Shown: positions 9,351-19,692 of the stretch, piece by piece
How the letters are laid out: every line of letters starts with the position of its first letter
Numbering within the stretch: position 1 is the first letter of the stretch
NCBI GenBank assembly: GCA_937894665.1
Contig: CALAWF010000027.1
Location: 1-35,752, forward strand
Length of the DNA: 35,752 nt
Reading direction: 5' to 3'
Source of the DNA: an uncultured bacterium
Lineage (GTDB): Bacteria > Cyanobacteriota > Vampirovibrionia > Gastranaerophilales > Gastranaerophilaceae
Notes under the pieces: generated by a model
Told to the model about the DNA's origin: nothing
What the model saw: the letters and a program-made list of their open reading frames with translations, nothing else
Databases searched by the model: none
Made by a program: the position numbers and the translations under genes

Positions 9351-10493
9351 TTATCCAATTATTTCTCTGGTCTTGATTCTTACTTCTTTATCAATTGCAA
9401 AAATTTCATCAATTGAAGGAGCCTTAACAAGTTTGTGCTGCTCCATCATTTTTGACGTAATTTGATAAATTTCATAAAGTTTAATTTTATCTTCCAAGAA
9501 TGCAAATACAGCTTCTTCATTTGCAGCATTCATACAAACGGTAGCACTTCCACCAGTTTTACCAGCCTCATAAGCCATTCTTACGCTCGGGAATTTTTCA
9601 TAATCAGGTTTTTCAAAGTCAAGTCTTGCAATATCAGCAAAACTAAAACTCTTAGACTTTATCCCCTCAAATCGTTCAGGATAAGTAATTGCATACTGAA
9701 TAGGAATGTGCATACTTGGAAGTCCTAATTGAGCAATCACGCTACCATCAACATACTCAATTGCTGAATGCACAACACTTTGCGGATGAACAACAACATC
9801 AATTCTATCATATGGCATATTGAATAAATGGTGAGCTTCAATAATTTCTAAACCTTTATTCATTAATGTTGCAGAATCAACAGTAATTTTTTTACCCATA
9901 CTCCATCTTGGATGATTTAGGGCTTGGGCTACAGTTGCATTTTTCATATCACCAATTGTTTTATGCAAAAAAGGTCCGCCACTAGCAGTAATAATAAGTT
10001 TATCAACTTGTGAAATATCTTTGATACATTGATGAATAGCACAATGTTCACTATCTACAGGAATAATATTTACACCTTTTGCCTTTGCTCTTGGCATAAC
10101 AATATCACCAGCCATAACAAGAGTTTCTTTATTTGCTAATGCAATATCTATACCATTATCAATTGCGGTAAGAGTCGGTTTTAAACCAACTTTTCCGGAA
10201 ACAGAAACTAAAATTATATCATTCTCTTTATTTGAACAAATTTCTTCTAAGCCTTCAGCACCATATAGAGTTTTTATTCCGGCGATTTCTAATTTTTCTC
10301 CATTTGCATTCCCAACACAAACATATTTTGGTTTAAATTTCAAAGCCTGCTCTTTTAAAAGTTCAACATTTGAACCACCGGTCAAGGCAATAATTTCAAA
10401 CTTATCCTGAAGTTTTTCTATAACTTCAAGAGCTTGCCTACCTATAGAACCTGTAGAACCAATTATACTAATTTTTCTTTTATTACTATTCAT
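9351..10493 (-). CDS. dxr: 1-deoxy-D-xylulose 5-phosphate reductoisomerase
   Basis: N-terminal IIGSTGSIGRQALEV NADPH-binding motif, LANKETLV, DSEHCAIHQC and NAANEEAV motifs over the full ~380-aa length. Confidence 0.95.
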   Translation of the reverse strand: MNSNKRKISIIGSTGSIGRQALEVIEKLQDKFEIIALTGGSNVELLKEQALKFKPKYVCVGNANGEKLEIAGIKTLYGAEGLEEICSNKENDIILVSVSGKVGLKPTLTAIDNGIDIALANKETLVMAGDIVMPRAKAKGVNIIPVDSEHCAIHQCIKDISQVDKLIITASGGPFLHKTIGDMKNATVAQALNHPRWSMGKKITVDSATLMNKGLEIIEAHHLFNMPYDRIDVVVHPQSVVHSAIEYVDGSVIAQLGLPSMHIPIQYAITYPERFEGIKSKSFSFADIARLDFEKPDYEKFPSVRMAYEAGKTGGSATVCMNAANEEAVFAFLEDKIKLYEIYQITSKMMEQHKLVKAPSIDEIFAIDKEVRIKTREIIG

Positions 10494-10510
10494 TATTATT
10501 TCCTTTGTGA

Positions 10511-12235
10511 TTAATTTAAAAGCTCTTTTTGAATTGTAACACCTTCTGAATTTTCGGTATTTACAGGTAATGCAAAATGGAAACTTGAGCCTTTTTCCTC
10601 TTCACTATCACACCAAATTGTACCTTTGTGTGCTTTTATCAATTGTCTTGCAATAGGTAAACCCAGTCCCGTGCCACCAACTTTTCGGGACAGTGAATTT
10701 TCAATTTGTGTAAATTTATCAAATGCTTTAAGCAAGTTTTCTTCTTTTATACCTATACCTTGGTCAATTACACTAACTACAATGTAATCGCCATGAAGTT
10801 GTTTAATTTCATTTTCAAAATATTTGTTCGTAATAATATCATTTGCATTTTTGAGTTCAGATTTTATAGTGATATTTTTACCTTTAGGAGTAAATTTGAT
10901 AGCATTAGAAACAAGATTTGTTAAAACTTGCCCCAAACGTTGAGAATCTGCGTATATATCAGGAAGACCGCTTTGTTCCTCAGCAGAGAAAATAATTTCA
11001 TGCTCTTTTGCAACGCAATCAAAATTAGTTTTGACATTTTCAATTACAGAATGAATATTCATTATCCGATAGTTGAAATCCATTTTACCCGCTTCAATTT
11101 TATTAATATCCAAAATGTCATTAATAATGCTTGTTAAATTTTCAACATTACGTTTTGCCATATCAATAAATTTCTTGGCACTTTCGCCAAAATCACCACA
11201 TCTACCGCTAGACAAAATATACAAAGCATTTTTGATAGGAGTTAAAGGAGTTCTCAATTCGTGAGAAACAATCGAAATAAATTCAGATTTTACTCTTTCT
11301 AATTTTTCTAACTCTTCATTCTTTTCTATAATTTCTTTATAAAGTTTTGCACTCTTTAATGGTAAGGAAACCTGTTGAATAATGGTTCTGAAATATGCCG
11401 CATCATCAGTAGAAAAAGGATGTTCTTTAAATATTTCAATACAGCCAAAGAAATTTTCCCCAATATCAATAGGTGCAAACATATTATCGTACTGAAAAAT
11501 TGTAAATGTGAATTTATTATTTGGATTTTTTATATTTTTAATTATTTTTAAATTCTTATCATCTATTTCAAAAGGGATAACCCCATTATGAAACATTGAT
11601 TTGTAATTCAATACAGTACGAAGTTTCAATGCACTTAGAATTTCTTCTGAAAGCTCATAAAGAGAATTAATAATTAAAACAGGTTCCTGTTCAAACCCGA
11701 AAGTCAAAGTACAGGTCAAATCAAAACTCAACGACTTGTCTAACCCTTCTATCATATATCCAAGAAGCTCTTTTGTATCCAATGTTCCGGCAAATTGAGA
11801 ACTGGTATTATACAAAACATTCAATCTATATAAACTGTCCGCCAAATCCTTATTCTTACCGGACAAATTATCCAAATTTTCTTTAGTTTTTAGATGTGTA
11901 TTCACAGTTGAAAAAATAAAATCATCAGAAAAACTGTTTAGAATATAACCGCTAACATGTTTTGCTATATCCTCTTTAACACTAGTTCCATCAGATAATA
12001 GTAATATTTGAGAGTTTTCCAACTTTGTTTTGATTTTTTTTAGAATTAGGGATAAGTTAAAAATTTCAACATTTTCATCAACTATAATTATATCCTGAGG
12101 TTCAACCTCTATCAAATCAAAAATTGAAGTTTCTGTACAACAAGAATTGAAGGTATAAGGTTTATTCTTAAAAAGCCCTCTATACCTCATTATAATATTC
12201 TCATCTTCTGAAATAAGTAATATACTATTCCCCAT
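10511..12235 (-). CDS. hybrid sensor histidine kinase (N-terminal receiver-like domain, GAF-like middle, HisKA/HATPase_c)
   Basis: H-box SHELRTPLTPI, N-box LVSNAIKFTP, G-boxes DQGIGI and GGTGLGLPIARQL. The N-terminal ~120 aa resemble a CheY-like receiver (ILLISEDE...IIIVDENV). Confidence 0.88.
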   Translation of the reverse strand: MGNSILLISEDENIIMRYRGLFKNKPYTFNSCCTETSIFDLIEVEPQDIIIVDENVEIFNLSLILKKIKTKLENSQILLLSDGTSVKEDIAKHVSGYILNSFSDDFIFSTVNTHLKTKENLDNLSGKNKDLADSLYRLNVLYNTSSQFAGTLDTKELLGYMIEGLDKSLSFDLTCTLTFGFEQEPVLIINSLYELSEEILSALKLRTVLNYKSMFHNGVIPFEIDDKNLKIIKNIKNPNNKFTFTIFQYDNMFAPIDIGENFFGCIEIFKEHPFSTDDAAYFRTIIQQVSLPLKSAKLYKEIIEKNEELEKLERVKSEFISIVSHELRTPLTPIKNALYILSSGRCGDFGESAKKFIDMAKRNVENLTSIINDILDINKIEAGKMDFNYRIMNIHSVIENVKTNFDCVAKEHEIIFSAEEQSGLPDIYADSQRLGQVLTNLVSNAIKFTPKGKNITIKSELKNANDIITNKYFENEIKQLHGDYIVVSVIDQGIGIKEENLLKAFDKFTQIENSLSRKVGGTGLGLPIARQLIKAHKGTIWCDSEEEKGSSFHFALPVNTENSEGVTIQKELLN

Positions 12236-12283
12236 AATATTATTGTAAACGGAGCAACATATTTGGCAAGTCAGTAATGTTTT

Positions 12284-12949
12284 TTAATAACCATATTGTT
12301 CGTGAGCATTCAAGTATTCACGAACAGAGTTTAAGGATGATTGAACAATACGGGTAACTCTTGATGGAGATAGACCGATTTGTTGTGCAATATCTTTAAC
12401 CTGCATATTACGATAAAATCTATATTCAACAACTGTTCTTTCTTTTGGTGGAAGTTTAGAAATTGCAGTTCTAATCATTTTACCCATTTCGGAAATCTCA
12501 GCATTTTCATCCGGCATTGCATGAGTATCTTTTACAAAATCAAACGGAGAATCATTATCACTCGCAGCGGCAGCAAGTCCATCGATAGACAAGACAGTTT
12601 CGTAAATTGCTTCACGGACTTTTGCCTGCTTCATATCCATGCCTTCAACTGCTTCATCCTCATCATAATCATCCTCAGCTTTATGCTTCAATGAATACCA
12701 TTTATATCTGATTCTCAACTCATTACGGATAGCCCATCTTACGGCAGTTGCAATGTATGCGGCATTATATTTTTGAAGTTGTTCAGGCGTTTTATTCTTA
12801 ATCATTACCTGAATTGCAATAATACCAATAGACAACAATTCTTCGTATTCGACCATGTGTGATGGAATACGTCTATGTTCTACACGTGCGACTTTTTGCA
12901 CAATGTCTATATAATGTTGTAAATTTTTCTTATCTTCGTTACTTGCCAT
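12284..12949 (-). CDS. fliA: sigma-70 family sigma factor, FliA/WhiG (sigma-28) type
   Basis: Region 2 (YNAAYIATAVRWAIRNELR) and region 4 HTH (LPPKERTVVEYRFYRNMQVKDIAQQIGLSPSRVTRIVQSSL). It lies directly downstream of flhB. I prefer the ATG at 12949 over the non-ATG track start at 12964. Confidence 0.8.
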   Translation of the reverse strand: MASNEDKKNLQHYIDIVQKVARVEHRRIPSHMVEYEELLSIGIIAIQVMIKNKTPEQLQKYNAAYIATAVRWAIRNELRIRYKWYSLKHKAEDDYDEDEAVEGMDMKQAKVREAIYETVLSIDGLAAAASDNDSPFDFVKDTHAMPDENAEISEMGKMIRTAISKLPPKERTVVEYRFYRNMQVKDIAQQIGLSPSRVTRIVQSSLNSVREYLNAHEQYGY

Positions 12950-12979
12950 AATTTTACAAATCAATAGTACTACAATAAA

Positions 12980-14062
12980 TTATTTTTGCGGTCGTTTATT
13001 TGATGTATTTTTATTTTTCATTTTATAAACAAACATCAGAATTTCTGCAACCGCTTTATAAAGTTCTGGTGGAATAGGTTGATTAATATCAACCATCTTA
13101 AACAAAGCCCTTGCTACAGGCGGATTTTCGATTACCGGAACATTATGTTCTTTGGCGATTCCTATAATTTTCTTTGCAATAAGCTCTGTACCTTTTGCAA
13201 TCAACATAGGAGAATCCATCTCTTCTGCGACGTATTTCAATGCACAAGCAACGTGAGTTGGATTCGTTACAACAAAATCCGCTGTTGGAACAGCATCCAT
13301 TGCACCCTGTTGAAGCATTTGCATACGGCGTTGACGAAGTTGAGCTTTTACATTAGGGTCGCCTTCAGAGTTTTTATATTCATCTTTAATTTCTTTAAAA
13401 GACATCTTTTGGTCTTTCAAAAACTTCCACTTGGTAACCCCATAATCCGCAGCAGCAATAATCAAAAAGGCTATGCATGCTTTAAAAATAAATTCTGTAA
13501 TCAATTTTCCAAATTCAATCATTACTGCAAAATTGTTATCCACCGATGCAAGCATTAAAATTGATTCGATGTGATCCTTATAAACCATCCAACCAATATA
13601 ACCAAGAATTACAACCTTCACAATATTTTTAAACAATTCAAAAAGAGTCTTTATAGACATTATATTTTTGAAATATTTAGTCGGATTTAATTTGTCGAGC
13701 TTTGGCATCAATGGAGCAATCGCAACCAAAGGACCAACCTGAACAAAATCAGCCAAAACAGCAACTAACCATGCAATAGCTAAAATCGGACCAATAATTA
13801 GTGCCGCCCCTTTAACCGCAACGAGCAAAATATACATATAACCAATTTGCTCCGTGTGGGCATTTGGAATTTGTTCATACAGAAGGGTAAAAACTTGAAC
13901 AATTTGATCCCATATAAAAGGTGCAAGACCAAAAATTACGGAAAACAAAATAAGCAAAGAAACAGCAGTTGAAAAATCCTTGGATTTAACAACCTGACCT
14001 TCTTTTCTTGCCTGTTCCAGCTTTCTGGGGGTAGCATCAAATTGCTTGTCCTCATCACCCAT
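12980..14062 (-). CDS. flhB: flagellar biosynthesis protein FlhB
   Basis: N-terminal FDATPRKLEQARKEGQVVKSKDF, four TM segments and the NPTH autocleavage site (VVTNPTHVACAL). Confidence 0.94.
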   Translation of the reverse strand: MGDEDKQFDATPRKLEQARKEGQVVKSKDFSTAVSLLILFSVIFGLAPFIWDQIVQVFTLLYEQIPNAHTEQIGYMYILLVAVKGAALIIGPILAIAWLVAVLADFVQVGPLVAIAPLMPKLDKLNPTKYFKNIMSIKTLFELFKNIVKVVILGYIGWMVYKDHIESILMLASVDNNFAVMIEFGKLITEFIFKACIAFLIIAAADYGVTKWKFLKDQKMSFKEIKDEYKNSEGDPNVKAQLRQRRMQMLQQGAMDAVPTADFVVTNPTHVACALKYVAEEMDSPMLIAKGTELIAKKIIGIAKEHNVPVIENPPVARALFKMVDINQPIPPELYKAVAEILMFVYKMKNKNTSNKRPQK

Positions 14063-14138
14063 GCAGCATTTCCTTTCTGGTTGATTACATTATAGCATGG
14101 AATATTTAAGGACAAATTAAAGCAATGCAAATTTTAGC

Positions 14139-14792
14139 TTATACTTCTACAATTTTAACACCGGAACTTGTACCCAAACGAGTCGCACCAGCTTCAATCA
14201 TTTTGATAGCAGTTTCTTTATCTCTAATTCCGCCAGATGCTTTCACTTTCAAACCGGCATCTTTTACTGTATTGAACATCAATTCAACATCTTCAAATTT
14301 TGCACCAACTCCGCCTTTTACAAATCCGGTTGATGTTTTGACAAAATCTGCACCACCTTTAATTGCACATTCACAGGCATATTTGATTTCTTCTTTAGTA
14401 AGCAAATCTGTTTCTAAAATAACCTTCAAATTATGTCCGCCGCAAGCTGATTTAATCAACTTAATTTCTTCTACAATATAATCGGTTTCTCTATCTTTAA
14501 CCTTTGTATCATTGATAACCATATCAATTTCATCTGCACCATCTTTAACAGCCTGAATTGTTTCAAAAATTTTAGTTTCTGTAGTATTAGCACCCAGAGG
14601 GAAACCAATAACCGTAACCACTCTAACATCTGTATCTTTCAGAAAATCTTTTGCCATTTTCACATAACAAGGATTTATACAAACACCCAAGAAATTATGT
14701 TCTTTAGCTTCTGTAAAAAGTTTTACTAAATCTTCTTTTTTCGCATCTTGTTTTAATAAAGTGTGTTCAATAAATTTGTTCAAATCTTTCAT
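14139..14792 (-). CDS. deoC: deoxyribose-phosphate aldolase
   Basis: Class I aldolase motifs VCINPCYV, DMVIN and ADFVKTSTGF (Schiff-base Lys) at ~217 aa. Confidence 0.93.
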   Translation of the reverse strand: MKDLNKFIEHTLLKQDAKKEDLVKLFTEAKEHNFLGVCINPCYVKMAKDFLKDTDVRVVTVIGFPLGANTTETKIFETIQAVKDGADEIDMVINDTKVKDRETDYIVEEIKLIKSACGGHNLKVILETDLLTKEEIKYACECAIKGGADFVKTSTGFVKGGVGAKFEDVELMFNTVKDAGLKVKASGGIRDKETAIKMIEAGATRLGTSSGVKIVEV

Positions 14793-14862
14793 TTCCCTCT
14801 TCTCCTTTAATCCTTAAGTTAATTATACCACAGGGTTTATCTATTGTATAATACTTTTAGGT

Positions 14863-15789
14863 ATGAATGTCGAAATATTGAAAAGAATAAGAATAGAACG
14901 TTACATTTTCGCCGGATTAATGGCAGTTGTAATGATTGTAATTGCAGAACTGAGTGGAGAAAGAGAAATAATTTTCCCCGAGATTTGTGCGTTAACAATT
15001 GGAGCGTGGATTTCTGAACAACAACCATGGATGTGTAACAAAAGAAAAATGTTTTTCCTTGTTTCTATAGCTTCTCTTTTTGGAATGCTTATAACAAGAT
15101 ATGTTCACCTTCCATTGATTTTTCAAACTGCATTATGCTTTGCATTCACCGGTTTTATCCTTACCTTGACCAGAACAACTTTAATTCCAATAATTTCAGC
15201 ATGTATTTTGCCCGTGTACCTAGGTACAAAAAGTTGGGTTTACCCTATTTCAGTAACGATTATGGCGTTGATGATAATTACAGCCCAATGGATTATGGAG
15301 AAAAAACACCTCAAGCCAAAAAATGAATATATTCCATGCAATTTTGATTTAAAATATCAGATAATAAAATGGACAAAACTATTAGTTGTATTTTGTTTGT
15401 TAGCATTAATTCCTTTTAAAAGTCATCAAATTTATTTTTTAGCACCTCCTTTAATTGTTACCTTTGCGGAATTTTCTAACCCTAAAAGTCCACTGAGAAA
15501 CAAACCTTTTCATATCATTGGTTTAATGACATTAGCTTCTGCTACAGGATGTACACTAAGAGAAGGATTAAATTTGTATCTGCATTTACCATTAAGTATT
15601 TGTGCAACTTTCGCATGTTGTGTTTTATTTGTAACTTTTGATAAAGTAAAAACACTATTTCCACCGGCAGGAGCAATTTTGTTAATCCCAATGATACTCA
15701 AAACTCAATATTTGCAAGTATTACCCATTGAAGTTTGCATTGGAGCTACAGTTTTAATATTCACAGCAAAACTTCTTTTTAGGGATTAA
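14863..15789 (+). CDS. polytopic membrane protein, unknown function
   Basis: 308-aa ORF with about 8 hydrophobic helices. No family recognised. Confidence 0.75.
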   Translation: MNVEILKRIRIERYIFAGLMAVVMIVIAELSGEREIIFPEICALTIGAWISEQQPWMCNKRKMFFLVSIASLFGMLITRYVHLPLIFQTALCFAFTGFILTLTRTTLIPIISACILPVYLGTKSWVYPISVTIMALMIITAQWIMEKKHLKPKNEYIPCNFDLKYQIIKWTKLLVVFCLLALIPFKSHQIYFLAPPLIVTFAEFSNPKSPLRNKPFHIIGLMTLASATGCTLREGLNLYLHLPLSICATFACCVLFVTFDKVKTLFPPAGAILLIPMILKTQYLQVLPIEVCIGATVLIFTAKLLFRD

Positions 15790-15818
15790 TTTATTAGTTT
15801 TCATGTTATAATTCAATT

Positions 15819-16628
15819 ATGGCTATGTTACATAAATATTTACGTCAGTCTGCTACTTATAGAGTGTTCAAGCACTTTATGGTTACTTTTGCGGATTTTT
15901 TAGACACATTGGGTAAAATTACTCAAATCGGATACCATGTACTTATTGCTATACTTAAAGGAAACATTGAAAAAAAAGAATTGCTAACTCAATGCGATAG
16001 ATTTGGGGTAAGCTCATTGCCAATTACTCTATCTATTGTTGGTATGACATCAATCATTGTTGCATCTCAAGTTGCACATGAAATGGTTAAGCAAGGCGGA
16101 AGTGGATTTGTCGGACTTTTAATGACGATATTGATTGTCCGAGAAGTTGGTGCAATTATGTCAGGTTTTGCGATTACATCAATGATTGGTTCTTCTTTAG
16201 CATCTGAACTTGCAACAATGAGAGTAACTGAACAAGTTGATGCAATTGACGTTTTAGGTGTTGATTCCATAAATTACTTATTCGTTCCGAGGGTATTGTC
16301 AGGAATTATTATGATGCCGTTTGTTGTAATTTTGGCATCTGTTGTCGGAGTTTTGCTTGGAGCTGTAACGTCTGATATGTTTGCAGGTTTAACTTATCGA
16401 GCATATTTTGATTCTGCTTGGCTCGGACTTTATATGAAAGATTTATGGGTAAGTTTACTTAAATCAGCAGTATTTGGAGGAACAATTTCCCTAATTAGCT
16501 GCACTTGCGGATATTTTGCCTCCGGCGGAGCTAAGGGTGTTGGTATAGCAACAACAAAAGCAGTTGTTTGGTCATTCATCGCCATCGTTGTTTGGGACAT
16601 GGTTTTTGCAATTTTATTTTTCTTTTAA
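15819..16628 (+). CDS. mlaE: MlaE-family ABC transporter permease
   Basis: ~265-aa permease with the conserved LIVREVGAIMSGFAITSMIGSSLASELATMRVTEQVDAIDVLGVD block, followed by its ATPase partner. Confidence 0.85.
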   Translation: MAMLHKYLRQSATYRVFKHFMVTFADFLDTLGKITQIGYHVLIAILKGNIEKKELLTQCDRFGVSSLPITLSIVGMTSIIVASQVAHEMVKQGGSGFVGLLMTILIVREVGAIMSGFAITSMIGSSLASELATMRVTEQVDAIDVLGVDSINYLFVPRVLSGIIMMPFVVILASVVGVLLGAVTSDMFAGLTYRAYFDSAWLGLYMKDLWVSLLKSAVFGGTISLISCTCGYFASGGAKGVGIATTKAVVWSFIAIVVWDMVFAILFFF

Positions 16629-16654
16629 TTTGTTTGTGTAAGGATATTATTGTT

Positions 16655-17374
16655 ATGAGTATTGAAGTTCGTAATTTAGTAAAAAAATTTGATGATAAAG
16701 TTGTCATAGATGATATTTCATTCAAAGTTGCAGATGGAGAAATTCTTGCAATTGTTGGATTTTCAGGTTCCGGTAAAAGTACTGTTTTGAAATTAATCTG
16801 TGGACTAATTCCATATGATAATGGAGAAGTTTTAACCTCTGAAGGCGATATTGCAATGGTTTTCCAATATTCAGCACTTTTTGATTCTTTGAATGTATAT
16901 GACAACATATCTTTTGCCCTACACGAAAGAAAAGATTTACGTTCAAAATATACAGAAGAAGAAATTAAAAAAATTGTTTCTCAAAAATTGGAACTCGTTG
17001 GACTTAAAGGAATTGAAAACAAATTTCCATCTGAACTATCTGGCGGGATGCAAAAACGTGTAAGTTTTGCCCGTGCAATCGTAACAAAACCAAACACCAT
17101 TCTTTATGATGAACCGACAGCAGGTCTTGACCCAATGTCATCAACATTGATTGAAGATTATATTGTTAGACTAAAAAGAGAAACAAATGCAGCATCTATC
17201 GTTGTTACACACCAAATGTCAACAATTACAAGAACTGCTGATAGAGTTATTATGCTTTATGATGGAAAAATTGTTTTTGAAGGAACTCCATCAGAATTAT
17301 TAAAACAAGATAATCCATATACAAAACAATTCGTAACGGCTTCATTAGAAGGTCCAATGAAAATGAAAGCATAA
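16655..17374 (+). CDS. mlaF: MlaF-family ABC transporter ATP-binding protein
   Basis: Walker A GFSGSGKST, signature LSGGMQKRVSFARA, Walker B ILYDEPTAGLD. The start is moved to MSIEVRNLVKKF (M30 of the track ORF). Confidence 0.9.
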   Translation: MSIEVRNLVKKFDDKVVIDDISFKVADGEILAIVGFSGSGKSTVLKLICGLIPYDNGEVLTSEGDIAMVFQYSALFDSLNVYDNISFALHERKDLRSKYTEEEIKKIVSQKLELVGLKGIENKFPSELSGGMQKRVSFARAIVTKPNTILYDEPTAGLDPMSSTLIEDYIVRLKRETNAASIVVTHQMSTITRTADRVIMLYDGKIVFEGTPSELLKQDNPYTKQFVTASLEGPMKMKA

Positions 17375-17405
17375 GTTTTAAAATATAAAAAATAAGGATA
17401 AGAAT

Positions 17406-18650
17406 ATGAGAAAAGATTTATTTAACAGTGATGCAATGTCAATTGACACTTATATTATGGTTAAGTTGAAGGAAAAAACAGCTCAATTGAAAGAAAAACT
17501 TGAAAAGAAAAATAGAACACCAATTTCTCTTTCTATGGGAGCTCCAACAGCAAACCCTCCAACTGTTTTAATTGACAAGTTAAAAGAATTTTTGACAGAA
17601 AATAATATCCACACATATTCTGTAACAAGAGGGGAACCATATTATAGACAAGCAGTTGCAGAAAGAATGAAGAACCGATTTGGAGTTGAACTTGATGTAG
17701 ATACTGAAATAATGTCGCTTTTGGGTTCAAAAGATGGACTAGCAAACCTTATCAGATTTATTATCACTCCTCAAGCAGAAGAAAAAGACAAAGATATTAT
17801 TCTAGTTCCAGACCCTGGATATGCTTCTTATTCTCAAATGATTAAAATTTCCGGCGGTATGGCTTATTCTATGCCGTTAACTGCAGAAAATAATTATCAA
17901 CCAAATATTGAAGAAGTTTTTGAAAACTTAAAAAATGAAGGTTATGACGAAAACAAGGTTAAAGCAATTGTTATAAATTATCCGAATAATCCGTTAGGAG
18001 TTAGTGCAACAAGAGAATACGTAAAATCATTAGTTGATTTTTGTAAAAAACACGATATTTTGCTAATTTCTGATGCAGCATATTGCGATGTTTATTTTGA
18101 TGAAAACGAAAAACCTTTCAGTGTTTTGGAATTTGATGGGGCAAAGGATATTGCAGTAGAATTTTTCAGCTTGTCTAAACCATATGCAATCACTGGTTGG
18201 AGATTAGGTTGGATATGCGGAAATAGTGAAGTTGTAACAAGACTTGCAAAAGCTAAGTCAACTATTGATAACGGAATTTTCAAAGCTCTTCAAAAGGCTT
18301 GTGCTTACGTAATGAACTCTCCGGAAGGGGATGATTATATTGCCTGTGCAAACAATGCTTACAAACGCAAACAGGCTATTATGGTAAAAGGATTGAGAGA
18401 ACTTGGTTGGGAAATCGAGGATGAAAAACTTCCACATACAACATTCTATCTATGGCTACCAATTCCAAGAAAATACGATTCAGCTTTCAAATTCTGTGAA
18501 GATATGTTAGAAAAATCCGGAATAGTAATTGTTCCTGGAGATGCTTTCGGGAAATACGGAGCGGGATTTTTCAGAATTTCATTTGTTTGCAGTGATGAAA
18601 AGTTGCAAGAAGTTATCGACCGAATGAAAGCTGATGGTTTCAAATACTAA
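17406..18650 (+). CDS. class I/II PLP-dependent aminotransferase (LL-diaminopimelate aminotransferase-like)
   Basis: PLP-lysine motif FSLSKPYAITGWRLGW, NYPNNPLG and the terminal FFRISF motif. Assignment to DapL versus aspartate aminotransferase is not decidable by eye. Confidence 0.85.
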   Translation: MRKDLFNSDAMSIDTYIMVKLKEKTAQLKEKLEKKNRTPISLSMGAPTANPPTVLIDKLKEFLTENNIHTYSVTRGEPYYRQAVAERMKNRFGVELDVDTEIMSLLGSKDGLANLIRFIITPQAEEKDKDIILVPDPGYASYSQMIKISGGMAYSMPLTAENNYQPNIEEVFENLKNEGYDENKVKAIVINYPNNPLGVSATREYVKSLVDFCKKHDILLISDAAYCDVYFDENEKPFSVLEFDGAKDIAVEFFSLSKPYAITGWRLGWICGNSEVVTRLAKAKSTIDNGIFKALQKACAYVMNSPEGDDYIACANNAYKRKQAIMVKGLRELGWEIEDEKLPHTTFYLWLPIPRKYDSAFKFCEDMLEKSGIVIVPGDAFGKYGAGFFRISFVCSDEKLQEVIDRMKADGFKY

Positions 18651-18700
18651 TAAATTCAACTAAAATATAAAAAATTTGTTTTGCAAAGGAGAATTGTATT

Positions 18701-19621
18701 ATGAAAATTGCGAATGATTTGACTGACTTGATTGGCGGAACTCCGCTTGTAAGATTGAATAAATTAAACACAGGAGATGCAGAAATTGCAGTAAAACTGG
18801 AGTATTTTAATCCGGCAAATTCTGTAAAAGATAGAGCGGCACTAAAAATGATAGTTGATGCAGAAAAAGCAGGAAAAATCAATCCCGACACAATTATAAT
18901 TGAACCAACAAGTGGAAATACCGGAATTGGGCTGGCAATGATTTGTGCTATTCGTGGTTACAAAATTATTCTAACCATGCCTGAATCAATGAGTATTGAA
19001 CGCCGAATGTTATTGAAAGCATATGGAGCAGAACTTGTCCTAACCGAAGCAAAACTTGGAATGAAAGGGGCTGTAGATAAAGCAATTGAACTAAATAAAA
19101 AATATCAAAACTCATTTATTCCATCACAATTTAATAACAAATCAAACCCACAAGCTCACTATGAAACAACAGCAGAAGAAATTTGGAACGATACAGATGG
19201 CAAAGTTGATATTATTGTTGCAGGAGTAGGAACAGGTGGAACAATTTCCGGAACAGCAAAAAAATTAAAAGAACACAATCCAAAAATTAAAGCAGTTGCA
19301 GTTGAGCCTTATGTTTCTCAAGTTTTAGCAGGTGGACAAGCAGGTCCACACAAAATTCAAGGTATTGGAGCAAATTTTGTACCGGAAAACTTTGATAGAA
19401 ACGTTATCGATGAAATTATCCCTGTAAAAAACGAAGATGCCATCGAAACTGCAAGAAATCTTTCTAAAAAAGAAGGTATTTTATCAGGATTTTCAGGAGG
19501 TGCCAACATTTGGGCAGCAATTGAATTATCTCAAAGACCAGAAAACAAGGGGAAATTAATCGTTGCTATTCTTCCTGATTGTGGAGAAAGATACTTGAGT
19601 AGCGAACTATATTCATCATAA
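18701..19621 (+). CDS. cysK: cysteine synthase A (O-acetylserine sulfhydrylase)
   Basis: [12 protein letters not shown] (PLP lysine), [10 protein letters not shown] and GTGGTISG motifs at 306 aa. Confidence 0.94.
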   Translation: MKIANDLTDLIGGTPLVRLNKLNTGDAEIAVKLEYFNPANSVKDRAALKMIVDAEKAGKINPDTIIIEPTSGNTGIGLAMICAIRGYKIILTMPESMSIERRMLLKAYGAELVLTEAKLGMKGAVDKAIELNKKYQNSFIPSQFNNKSNPQAHYETTAEEIWNDTDGKVDIIVAGVGTGGTISGTAKKLKEHNPKIKAVAVEPYVSQVLAGGQAGPHKIQGIGANFVPENFDRNVIDEIIPVKNEDAIETARNLSKKEGILSGFSGGANIWAAIELSQRPENKGKLIVAILPDCGERYLSSELYSS

Positions 19622-19692
19622 ATGCTATATATATTTACACATTATAAATTTTGGGATAGAATGTAATATATATTTTGATTAGGGGTAACTAT

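Noticed and set aside
14125-14481. 118-aa plus-strand ORF, and similar track ORFs lying antisense to or inside longer genes. These include 400..597, 3509..3739, 6703..6909, 6918..7163, 7875..8204, 9462..9728, 10706..11264, 12380..12694, 13079..13558, 13936..14130, 14837..15028, 15135..15326, 15510..15701, 16067..16270, 16576..16946, 17533..17745, 18092..18891, 19836..20036, 21517..21880, 23039..23391, 26086..26355, 26869..27114, 28120..28789, 29622..29966, 31111..31296, 32281..32469, 33580..33768, 34054..34236 and 35350..35571.
   Set aside because: These are shadow ORFs overlapping confidently assigned genes on the other strand or in another frame. They have odd composition (Ile/Phe/Leu/Ser/Cys-rich), usually non-ATG starts and no RBS.
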